DNA of 64,000 bases from Bacillales bacterium UBA6449 (lineage in GTDB: Bacteria; Bacillota_I; Bacilli_A; RFN20; CAG-288), in the NCBI GenBank assembly GCA_002437105.1, contig DJOB01000004.1:189162-253161 (forward strand), in the 5' to 3' direction. The notes below the pieces were generated by a model. It saw only the letters and a list, made by a program, of their open reading frames with translations, was not told the DNA's origin and searched no databases. A program made the translations under genes and the position numbers. Of this stretch, positions 44,688 through 53,027 are shown piece by piece. The first letter of the stretch is position 1; each line of letters opens with the position of its first letter.

Positions 44688-45154
44688 AGATTTATTTTTC
44701 CTTCCATGAATTAAGATTGGTTTTATAACAGATGCCATTTGTTTTACAAGATTAGTTCTTCTATATCTTCTAATTTTATAAAGGCTTTTTAAAATTTAAG
44801 ATTTTATAATCGCGAAATTATATAAAAGCTTTATTTTTAGTATTCTCATAAGTAAATTGATTAAATGAATAGCTAATATTATAAATTGAATTATGAGCTG
44901 TTGTTATTTGAATATGGTTTTGTCTTAAGCGAGGCAGACTTGAAGAAATATCATTTAATCATATGCGAATATCACTATTTTTATAATTGTTACCACCAGA
45001 ATAATTATTATTGCCGATACTGTAATAATGAGGGCTTAAGACTACAAATGGTAAAAAAGCGTCTACAATTTCTACTGCTTAAAACATTCCAAATAATAGG
45101 TTTACATTAGAGTGATATGTTGTTTTATTTATTATGCCTTTTCTCATCTTTAAA

Positions 45155-46358
45155 TATAGGCCCTCATTTGTACGAGTGAGCTGATAATAAACAGGAGTAT
45201 AAAATCTCCGGTCTTTTAAGGACCGTTTGATGATACATTTAGGTGGACGTCTGGGATCAGGCTTGGCGGTTTGACCGGACGTCTTCCTAAATGCCCAAAC
45301 CGCCATGAAAACTTATAAATCCAACGCCCGATGGGCTAATTTTTTATGCAGGAAAAGCCTGCTTTTTAGGATTCCGAATACTCCTTACGAAGCAATGATG
45401 AAAGATACTTTGCTTCAATGGTATGGTGTAAAGCATTCTAGAGTCACGCCGAAATGCGTCGAATTCATCAATTCATTCGTGCCGCTTCATGTCCATGGTG
45501 CGAATCAGCCTTCTTCAAGAAGGACGTGAAAAGGAAAGAGTGAGATACAGCGGTACAGGTGCTCGGAATGCGGGAGGGGATTCACACCGACGACAGGGAC
45601 GCTGCTGGATTCTTGGAAGATTCCCTTTCTAGAATGGATAGAGTTCATCGGGTACTCTTTCATAACCTTATCGAGATTCAACAGAAACGCCGATTCTACC
45701 AGGGCGTATTGGCTCATAAAAACCTTGGAGCCTTGGAAAAATGCTCAGGACTTCACAGTCATTTCCAATCGAGTGTACATCGATGAGACATATATACATG
45801 TAGTCAGAGACGAGAGAATAATGAATGACAGCAGGAAAAGCCCCAAGGGGCTTTCCGTCAAATAGATATGCATATTGATGGCACTTGATACCAACGGTAA
45901 TACCGTGTTTTCGCAACGGAAAAAGTAAAGCCCAGCGCCAAGAGGATATGCAATGCGCTTCTGAGGCACATACAGCCGGGAGCCTTGATTGTGCATGATG
46001 GGGAGAAAGCACACAGAATGCTGGTAAAGAAACTGGATAGCCCCGAGGAAGTTCATCTCACACCGCAAACAAAGGGACTGGAGGACAAGGACAATCCCAT
46101 GGATTCCATAAACGACGCCCATTCTAATCTCAAGGCTTTCCTTAGGACCCACGAGCCCTTCTCGAGGGACAATCTTCAGGATTTTCTCAATCTCTACTGG
46201 TTCATTTTCAACCCGCCCTATGGGGTATAGGACAAGATAGTGCTGCTCCTGAAAAAAGCTGATTTCGACTAGAAAGACCATCAGATTCAGGGATTTATTC
46301 TCAAAAAAGCCCGATAATACCTGAACCCTCAGCACACTTGTGCAAATGAGGGCTTATA
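45155..46358 (+). mobile_element. Degenerate IS1595-family-like insertion sequence with imperfect terminal inverted repeats of about 28 bp
   Basis: IRL at 45157-45184 is TAGGCCCTCATTTGTACGAGTGAGCTGA. The reverse complement of IRR at 46329-46356 is TAAGCCCTCATTTGCACAAGTGTGCTGA (24/28 identical). By eye, GC is higher than in the surrounding island. Confidence 0.65.
45454..46230 (+). pseudogene. IS1595/ISXO2-like DDE transposase, disrupted by frameshifts and an in-frame stop
   Basis: Pieces lie in different frames: MRRIHQFIRAASCPWCESAFFKKD (zinc ribbon); IQRYRCSECGRGFTPTTGTLLDSWKIPFLEWIEF...VYIDETYIHV (ends at a TAG); ...ALIVHDGEKAHRMLVKKL...MDSINDAHSNLKAFLRTHEPFSRDNLQDFLNLYWFIFN. Confidence 0.6.
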
Positions 46359-46395
46359 GTTATTAAATTACTTCAGACTTTATCTATTTATTAGA

Positions 46396-46947
46396 TTAAT
46401 CCCTTTTTTCATTAGAACTTGAAGTCTTATAGGTTATTATAAAATCAGAAGCATAAGGTCTATACCAAGGATTGTAATATTCATATCCTAAGCTTTGGAT
46501 ATAGGCTTTAAATTCTTTTAATTTCTCTATTAATTTGTCTCTATGGTTATAGACATCTGAATATATTACAAGATTGCCCCCAACAAATAATTTTTCGCCA
46601 TCGTCATAAATGGAAGGTACTGATAAGATAAAGCCCATGTCAACAATCTTTTTGATGATTTCTCTTTTGATATTCAAATCTAACATTTCGTGTTTGCTTT
46701 CTTTTTTAACCTTAAAGCAAATACAGCCTTCAACTAATGAAGGAACTTCTTCTGCTTCATAAAATCTACTTAATACTTCTAATAGCTGAGGAAATTCATT
46801 AATCCTTCTTTTCTCATTAAGTAAATAATGTTCTTTATAGATACTGATATAGAAATAGTATTTTGAAGATCTTATCTTTTCTACTGATAAAAGATTAACT
46901 CCCATTGATTCAAGATATTCTCTTATTAATTCCTTTGTTAATGTCAT
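46396..46947 (-). CDS. Hypothetical 183-aa protein (island cargo)
   Basis: Intact ORF in AT-rich DNA (MTLTKELIREYLESMGVNLL...). No family recognised. Weak SD. Confidence 0.5.
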   Translation of the reverse strand: MTLTKELIREYLESMGVNLLSVEKIRSSKYYFYISIYKEHYLLNEKRRINEFPQLLEVLSRFYEAEEVPSLVEGCICFKVKKESKHEMLDLNIKREIIKKIVDMGFILSVPSIYDDGEKLFVGGNLVIYSDVYNHRDKLIEKLKEFKAYIQSLGYEYYNPWYRPYASDFIITYKTSSSNEKRD

Positions 46948-46969
46948 AATTTATTCGACTTCTTTTTTA

Positions 46970-47185
46970 TCATAGACATCTTTTATGTAAAGGCAAATGA
47001 TTACTTTTACCTTTACTAAGTTTCAATTTATTTAAATTAATCTTTTCAGTGTGTCTTATTTTTCGATTTGCTCTTTGTCTTAAGCTTCTATAAACAGCAT
47101 TGGTTCCTGATCTTTTCTTAAATCCTCTTTTGCTTTCATTAGCTCCCCCCATCCATATTCCTAGAATCTCAGATATCTTATTCAT
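46970..47185 (-). CDS. Hypothetical 71-aa highly basic protein (island cargo)
   Basis: Intact ORF ending 22 nt upstream of the 183-aa gene. Lys/Arg-rich. No clear SD. Confidence 0.35.
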   Translation of the reverse strand: MNKISEILGIWMGGANESKRGFKKRSGTNAVYRSLRQRANRKIRHTEKINLNKLKLSKGKSNHLPLHKRCL

Positions 47186-47331
47186 TATTTTTTGAGTCTC
47201 AGGATTATTGTTGAAGCTTCTTCTTACGCTTGGTATTTATATATATTAATAGCTTATTTATTTAAATCGATATATATATCGTTAAAAAGCCAAGAATATT
47301 ACTCCTCAGCCTTAACATAAATCCTTTGACT

Positions 47332-47987
47332 TTACAAGAATTTAAAAGTTACAGATTTATCATTATGAACTATAGCTTTATGAACCATGAAGTTAAAGAC
47401 TTGTTCATCAAACACTACTAACGATTCTCCTTTTTTATTATTTCTTTAAAAGCATTAATCTTATTTAACTTAAAGGCAATAGTACCTTTCATATCATTTA
47501 GCTTATTTTGATATTTTTTCTAGTTCTGCGTACTTTTTCTTCCGAATGTTCTAGTCTTGAACTGTTGTTGTATTGGCTTTTACCAAAATTCTAAACCACT
47601 CTCCATTTCTTTTGTTTCTTCTTGAAGGTTAGCAATATTCTCATCTGGTTTTGAAGTTTAATAAAGTGTTACTTTAACATGATCTAATGCTTCAAGTGTA
47701 GATTCTTTATTAATAAACATTTGGTTATAAGCAATAGTAAAAATTTTTAACTTCATCTTCAGTAAAGTTTGGTGTTTTGTATTTATATGGGGGTGTGCAT
47801 GTCACCGTGTAAAAGTGAGTTGTTGTGTATTAGTGAATACTATTCGTGTAAAGCTGGTGATAAAAAAGCCGATTTTATTGACTTTGTCCATCACTATTAC
47901 ACGGCATTCATTCTTAAAGACTTCATATTTATCGCCATAAACAAAAAAGTTTGACACCCTTAGAAAGAGCATCAAACTTTTATAACC
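47332..47987 (-). pseudogene. Remnant of the C-terminal part of a probable large serine recombinase (N-terminal catalytic domain absent)
   Basis: One frame reads ...YGDKYEVFKNECRVIVMDKVNKI...TFTR(TGA)...LEALDHVKVTLY(TAA)TSKPDENIANLQEETKEMESGLEFW(TAA)...(TAG)KKYQNKLNDMKG...KEIIKKENR(TAG TAG). A shifted tail reads VFDEQVFNFMVHKAIVHNDKSVTFKFL, resembling the coiled-coil and C-terminal tail of phage/ICE serine integrases. Confidence 0.4.
47944..47957. repeat. Right copy of the 14-nt direct repeat AAAAAGTTTGACAC, 34 nt from the tRNA-Phe 3' end
   Basis: Identical to 42936-42949. Confidence 0.4.
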
Positions 47988-47991
47988 TTAA

Positions 47992-48067
47992 TGGTGGCCC
48001 AAGGCGGAATCGAACCGCCGACACAGGGATTTTCAGTCCCTTGCTCTACCAACTGAGCTATCGGGCC
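47992..48067 (-). tRNA. tRNA-Phe (anticodon GAA), CCA encoded
   Basis: The reverse complement GGCCCGATAGCTCAGTTGGTAGAGCAAGGGACTGAAAATCCCTGTGTCGGCGGTTCGATTCCGCCTTGGGCCACCA folds as a cloverleaf with a 7-bp acceptor stem, anticodon loop CTGAAAA and T-loop GGTTCGATTCC. Confidence 0.95.
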
Positions 48068-48137
48068 ACGTGCTTCACCTCTTCTTCAAGGGGCGTCGTT
48101 AATTCTACTACTTAAGGTGTTAATTGCAAGGGGGAAT

Positions 48138-49520
48138 TTAGTTCCCAGGTTCTTCTCCACCCAGTGACCCGTGGTTGAACTTCGATTGGAAGTGATGACC
48201 GATGTAGATGTCGGTCTCCAGATGCGTGGCGAGATCGGCCTGGAGCATCTGTCGGCTCAAGGAGGGTATTCCGGGAATAGATAGGACCAGCGAGCTTAGA
48301 GCTATCGCGGGGACTAGGTTGATGATCGCCGGCAGGAAGGGGCAAAAGGAGAGGGTGAGGGCCAAACCGGCGAGCGGTTTCTTCGTAGCGACGATGAAGC
48401 TGGCTATTCCGCCAGCGATGATGAAGGAGTGGGCGAGATCGGCGGGAAGCCAGTGGAAGAGGGGAAGAAGATCGGCAGCGAGCAGGGAACCGAGGCCGAT
48501 CGTGGGAATGATGGTTCCGCCCAGGATCGGAGTGCTGAAGCAGAGGATGGTAAGCAGCAGTCTGGTACCCGTGAGGATGATGAGGCGGAGGGGATTGCCT
48601 TCGGCGATCTGCACGCCATTCTGAATGTAGCTCGCTCCGCTTCCTATCGAGTCCGGTAGAACGATAAAGAGGGCGAAGAGGATGGCTGCGCAGAGCCAGG
48701 GAGATATCATCCGCAGGTGTCCACCATCGCGGGACAGTGTGGGGCGAAGGAAGCGTACGGCGTATCCCAGGAGCGGGATGACGATCAGCGAGAGCAGGGC
48801 GGGGAGCAGGGTCAGGTAGGTGTATCGCAGGTCGAGATAAGCGATGGTGCTCGTCTTAAAGACGATACCGGAATATAGGAATCCGCGGAGGAAGTTTTTT
48901 CCTTCTATCAGGGCGAGAAGGCCGTGAAGGAGGCTAGAAATAATCCAGCTTAGGGTGCAGGTCAGCAGATTTATCGATAGGTCTTTTCTTGAGGATCTAT
49001 CCTTATTCAGCTGCATGAAGACGCCGGCCAGGGGATTAGCGAAGGCGAGGCTGAAGCCGATCGCCGCACCGGTCTCCATGAATCGGGTCGCCCGGACGGG
49101 TGAGCGACCGTATCGTTTCGCTCCGAGCAGGGCGGCTAGCAGGGCGCCAAGGTAGACGCTCGGGGCCTCGCTCCCTAGCGCGGCGCCGGAGAAGAAGGAA
49201 CACAGGCAACCGGCGATGACGCAGATGAATACTTTAGTCCAGACGGGCTTGAGTCCATGCTGGAGCGAGCGCTTCAGGAGCGTAGGATTCTCATCGGGTA
49301 TCCGCAGGCGGGCGACCAGTTCCCCCTGAAGGAGGGTGAGCGCAGCAATGATGAGAAACATCACGGCGTATCCCTGGATATCTCGTCCGAAAGGAGCTTC
49401 CGCCAGCATCTTCTGACTAAGTTCCTGAAGGAGTTGAAAGGGGACGATGATGAAAGGGAGGATAGCTCCTAACATCAGGGGGATTGCGATGTCACTGGTC
49501 ATATCTGCATTCCGTTTCAT
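48138..49520 (-). CDS. ClC-family anion channel/antiporter-like membrane protein
   Basis: Polytopic, 460 aa. GSEAPSVYLG (GxEGP-like) and GGTIIPTIGLG (GxFxP-like). SD GAGGAGAA upstream. Confidence 0.6.
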   Translation of the reverse strand: MKRNADMTSDIAIPLMLGAILPFIIVPFQLLQELSQKMLAEAPFGRDIQGYAVMFLIIAALTLLQGELVARLRIPDENPTLLKRSLQHGLKPVWTKVFICVIAGCLCSFFSGAALGSEAPSVYLGALLAALLGAKRYGRSPVRATRFMETGAAIGFSLAFANPLAGVFMQLNKDRSSRKDLSINLLTCTLSWIISSLLHGLLALIEGKNFLRGFLYSGIVFKTSTIAYLDLRYTYLTLLPALLSLIVIPLLGYAVRFLRPTLSRDGGHLRMISPWLCAAILFALFIVLPDSIGSGASYIQNGVQIAEGNPLRLIILTGTRLLLTILCFSTPILGGTIIPTIGLGSLLAADLLPLFHWLPADLAHSFIIAGGIASFIVATKKPLAGLALTLSFCPFLPAIINLVPAIALSSLVLSIPGIPSLSRQMLQADLATHLETDIYIGHHFQSKFNHGSLGGEEPGN

Positions 49521-49576
49521 CCTGTTCTCCTCGCGTGAGAGATTCTATTCCTAAAATCGGATTGGCGCGGCGGGGA

Positions 49577-49609
49577 CAAAAAAAGACCAGCGTGCGAAGC
49601 GCTGGTCTC
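49577..49609 (-). terminator. Intrinsic terminator of gpmA
   Basis: Minus strand reads GAGACCAGCGC-ttcgca-CGCTGGTCT followed by TTTTTTT. Confidence 0.8.
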
Positions 49610-49614
49610 GAGGG

Positions 49615-50370
49615 TTACTTCTTAGCCTTACCCTGGTTGGCGACCGCAGCCATCGCGGCTGCGATAGCCTTCTGATCGCCCAGGTAGCGGTGGCTGATGG
49701 GCTTGAGGTTCTCGTCCAGCTCGTAGACGAGGGGAACACCGGTGGGGATATTCAGGTTGACGATATCGGCATCGGAGATGTTGTCCAAGTACTTGACCAG
49801 AGCTCTGAGCGAGTTGCCATGGGCAGCGATGATGACATTCTTGCCAGCCTTGATCTCCGGAGCGATGTGCTCGTTGAAGTAGGGCACGACACGCTCGATG
49901 GTGATCTTCAGCGACTCGGTACGGGGAAGCAGCTTCTTATCGACATCGCGATAGGTGTGCTGGTTTCCGGGATAACGGGGATCAGTCAGCTCGAGCTCGG
50001 GAGGGCAGACATCGAATGAACGTCTCCAGATCTTGACCTGGGCGTCGCCGTACTTGGCGGCAGTATCGGCCTTGTTCAGTCCCTGAAGGGCGCCGTAGTG
50101 ACGCTCGTTGAGCTGCCAGGCTTTGATGACGGGGATGAAGTTCTCATCGACGCCATCGAGGATGTGATTCAGGGTGTGAATCGCTCTCTTGAGGTAGGAA
50201 GTGAAGGCGATATCGAAGGAGAAGCCTTCCGCCTTGAGGAGCTCTCCCGCCTTGATCGCCTCCTGGTGTCCCTTCTCGGACAGATCGACATCGGTCCAAC
50301 CGGTGAATAGATTGAGCTTGTTCCACTCGCTCTCGCCGTGACGGACCAGGACTAACGTGTGCTTAGCCAT
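49615..50370 (-). CDS. gpmA: 2,3-bisphosphoglycerate-dependent phosphoglycerate mutase
   Basis: [19 protein letters not shown] and [10 protein letters not shown] motifs. Confidence 0.95.
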   Translation of the reverse strand: MAKHTLVLVRHGESEWNKLNLFTGWTDVDLSEKGHQEAIKAGELLKAEGFSFDIAFTSYLKRAIHTLNHILDGVDENFIPVIKAWQLNERHYGALQGLNKADTAAKYGDAQVKIWRRSFDVCPPELELTDPRYPGNQHTYRDVDKKLLPRTESLKITIERVVPYFNEHIAPEIKAGKNVIIAAHGNSLRALVKYLDNISDADIVNLNIPTGVPLVYELDENLKPISHRYLGDQKAIAAAMAAVANQGKAKK

Positions 50371-50531
50371 TGTTTTTCCTCCGCATTGCGCAAGTAGATT
50401 CTACAACAAAGGGCGCGCGGCTAATCCCTCTCGGTCTCCCGAGATTTTTCAATCGAGATTCGATTCATATGATGTAGTGATTATTTTTTAAAAGACTCTA
50501 TAATTTCTTCCGTTATCGAGAGGAAAATGTT

Positions 50532-52961
50532 ATGAGGAAAAAGAGTTTTTTAGCGCTTGGCGCGCTGGTAGCCATCCTTTTTGGTTGTAGTCCTAGTCAG
50601 GCATCATCGCCATCTTCTTCACTATCACCGTCTTCGCCGTCTTCCTCTTCTTCGTCGGCTTCTTCGTCTTCTTCCACTCCTGCCTCTTCCGCCGATTCTT
50701 CGTCTTCTTCTCCCTCTTCGGTGAGCTCTTCGAGCGGATCGATCGACAGCTCCTCCTCTACTTCTTCTTCCAGCTCTTCGGATTCCATCGCCACCATCGA
50801 TCAGCTGGTGCAGGTGCTGAACCGGATCGTCGAGACGAGCAACTATACGGTCGATCTCGATACGGATATAGGTAAAGTCACTAGAGTCAGTACGGACAGA
50901 TATGATTACGACTCCTATAGCGGCGTGGTTGTTCTCCCTAGCCTCTCGGATCCCTCGGGCACCACGGTCTACAACTATACGATCCGCAATGGCAAGGTGG
51001 AGGTGGGAGGAACCTTCGAGGGCACGGATGCTGATTTTAATACGGTTGCCTACAGCTCGATGAAGGATCTCGATCCGCTCGCTAAGAAGCTCGGCGACAC
51101 GCCGATCACTGCGGATATGTTCACCCTCAAAGATGGCGTGCTGTCTTCCACCAACACCGATCTTATCGAGGGCCTGCTGAAGAACTTCGACGAGTATGCT
51201 TATGGTGGATCCTATTCCAGCATCGAGTTCTCTGGTACTGCCACGGAGCTCACCTTCAAGGCGATCCCCAACAATGAATATACCGACACGGCCATTCATA
51301 CTATCAGGGATATCGGCACCTCCAAGGTCGATCTGATGGATTCGTTCGTGAATAGCTTCAAGTTGGGTCAGAATAAGTTGACGGCGACGGCTGGATCCAA
51401 GATATTCGCGAAGGAGGGAAGCTTCCGCTCCGACGGTGTCACCTTCCGTTCCACCCAGGAGGGCTCTACCCCCTTTGGCAGCGTTGAGCTCAACTATAAT
51501 TCGGTCCGGTTCGACAATACCCTGATCGGGTCCGATGGAAAGACGCTCCGGGTCGACTCCGTGCACAAGGCCACGGAGGCGGATGAGGCTGCTGGCCTAT
51601 CGGCCGGAGAGTCCTACACGCTGGTTATCGATGCGACCAACCAGGTGAGTAAGGAGGGTCTCGATGAGGATTTCGATACCGGTTGGAAGTGGGTGGCTCA
51701 ATACCAGGAGGAGATCCTGAAGAATTCCTACAGCACCAGTGATGATACCTATCACTACTACGGCCTCGATTCTAAGAATATCGGTCAGGCGCTCACTTGG
51801 GCGACGATGAGCTCCAGCAGCGTCGTTCCCGAGAGCATCGACTTCGTGCTGGATAATGGTGTCATCTCCAAGGCCATCGTCACCTATGCGACTGCTTTTG
51901 CTGAGGGCGACTCCGGTGTCTACAGCTACTACTATCAGTTCACGACCACCTTCGGCGGTCTGCAGGAGTTCGTGGCGGATCCTACTCCCTATCCTGCGGG
52001 TGATGCGGGAGTGACTGAGGCTTTCGGTAAGCTGGCGGAGGGTCAGACGTTCAAGATCACCGAGACGATCCCGTCTTCCGATGGCAGTGATCCCGATACG
52101 ATCATCACCTATGTTTCGCCTGAGACGGTGCTGATCGACTACAGCGTCTCCTCGACGCACAAGAAGTATGGTTGGGTCAAAAATAAAGGGGGAGTCATGC
52201 CCTACGATATCGTCGCGGGCGAGGACTCTCAGGGCGTATCGGCGGTCGCGAGCGATTACGCTTCGGCCACTGATAGCTTCGCGTCTCATATCGGCAGCTT
52301 CAGCCTTTCCAGTGCGGTGGTCGACCTTAAGGATGGTAAGCTGACGGTCAAATCCGGAGTCACGGGAGCACTCGAGAATATCTTTAAGTGCATCTACAAT
52401 AAATACGGAAGCAATCTGAGTCTGGATTATGATGCGGCGACCAAGACGATAACCGCTCTGCGCTTCGACTACGATGCGTTCTTCTTTAGCGGCCAGGAGA
52501 CTCTGACCTTCGCCTACGGTGCGGATGCGGAGCTCCCCGCCGCGGAGAAGACCGCCATCAGCCAGATGAAAGACTTCGTTAAACCCACTTCTTGGAAGGA
52601 TGGCAATCCCAATGTCTATCAGAAGATGCTCAAAGTCTTCACCGCGGATGAGATCGCCAGTCTCCCCTTCGTCTTCGTCTCTGGCGAGACCAGCGGAGAG
52701 AACCTGTCTGCCGTCACCTACCAGAAGAGCGACGGCAGCAAGTACGATGCGGTAAATGTCTATGTGAATAAGGCGACGAAGAGCGACAGCACCTTCGTCA
52801 CGGAGATCGAGAAGGCGTACAAAGCGGCTGGATTCGAAGAGGAGGATGGCTCTTGGGAGTTCACCGACTCCTCCTTCACCAAGGCGCTGGTCAAGGGTAA
52901 CTTTGTCGTCGAGCTGTCCGACAACGATCTCACGGGAATCAAGATCTGCAAGTTGGCCTAG
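50532..52961 (+). CDS. Large surface lipoprotein with a poly-Ser linker; function unknown
   Basis: Signal peptide with lipobox ILFGC, a 66-aa Ser-rich tract, then about 720 aa with no family recognised. Confidence 0.7.
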   Translation: MRKKSFLALGALVAILFGCSPSQASSPSSSLSPSSPSSSSSSASSSSSTPASSADSSSSSPSSVSSSSGSIDSSSSTSSSSSSDSIATIDQLVQVLNRIVETSNYTVDLDTDIGKVTRVSTDRYDYDSYSGVVVLPSLSDPSGTTVYNYTIRNGKVEVGGTFEGTDADFNTVAYSSMKDLDPLAKKLGDTPITADMFTLKDGVLSSTNTDLIEGLLKNFDEYAYGGSYSSIEFSGTATELTFKAIPNNEYTDTAIHTIRDIGTSKVDLMDSFVNSFKLGQNKLTATAGSKIFAKEGSFRSDGVTFRSTQEGSTPFGSVELNYNSVRFDNTLIGSDGKTLRVDSVHKATEADEAAGLSAGESYTLVIDATNQVSKEGLDEDFDTGWKWVAQYQEEILKNSYSTSDDTYHYYGLDSKNIGQALTWATMSSSSVVPESIDFVLDNGVISKAIVTYATAFAEGDSGVYSYYYQFTTTFGGLQEFVADPTPYPAGDAGVTEAFGKLAEGQTFKITETIPSSDGSDPDTIITYVSPETVLIDYSVSSTHKKYGWVKNKGGVMPYDIVAGEDSQGVSAVASDYASATDSFASHIGSFSLSSAVVDLKDGKLTVKSGVTGALENIFKCIYNKYGSNLSLDYDAATKTITALRFDYDAFFFSGQETLTFAYGADAELPAAEKTAISQMKDFVKPTSWKDGNPNVYQKMLKVFTADEIASLPFVFVSGETSGENLSAVTYQKSDGSKYDAVNVYVNKATKSDSTFVTEIEKAYKAAGFEEEDGSWEFTDSSFTKALVKGNFVVELSDNDLTGIKICKLA
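50589..50786 (+). repeat. Low-complexity TCN/AGC (Ser) codon tract inside the lipoprotein gene
   Basis: Encodes SPSQASSPSSSLSPSSPSSSSSSASSSSSTPASSADSSSSSPSSVSSSSGSIDSSSSTSSSSSSDS. Confidence 0.9.
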
Positions 52962-52977
52962 TTGATTCTCAGATTGA

Positions 52978-53017
52978 AAAGGGAAGGGCAAGTTGATCTG
53001 CCCTTCCCTTTCTTTTT
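52978..53017. terminator. Bidirectional intrinsic terminator between convergent genes
   Basis: AAAGGGAAGGGCA-agttgatc-TGCCCTTCCCTTT followed by CTTTTT. Confidence 0.8.
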
Positions 53018-53027
53018 CTTATCTTGA

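Noticed and set aside
44886-46335. Track ORFs 44886-45110 (+), 45079-45306 (-), 45505-45717 (-), 45668-46012 (-), 45745-46335 (-) and 44179-44538 (+).
   Set aside because: They are low-complexity translations in AT-rich DNA or antisense to the transposase or cargo frames. They have no SD and no motifs, and they cross the IS terminal repeat or the frameshifted gene.
42858-47991. The island could derive from a TGA=Trp (code 4) mollicute, which would make the recombinase 'pseudogene' intact under another code.
   Set aside because: Only one of the in-frame stops in the remnant is TGA; the others are TAA or TAG. Island genes encode Trp with TGG (for example DFWND and NPWYRPY). In the backbone, TGA is a genuine stop in ATGA overlaps.
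49521-49614. Fluoride (crcB-motif) riboswitch upstream of the ClC-like gene.
   Set aside because: The 94-nt spacer is mostly the gpmA terminator plus an SD. No riboswitch-like conserved core is visible.
50597-50797. 66-aa poly-Glu/Asp ORF on the minus strand.
   Set aside because: It is the mirror image of the Ser-codon tract in the lipoprotein gene (TCN read backwards gives GAN codons).
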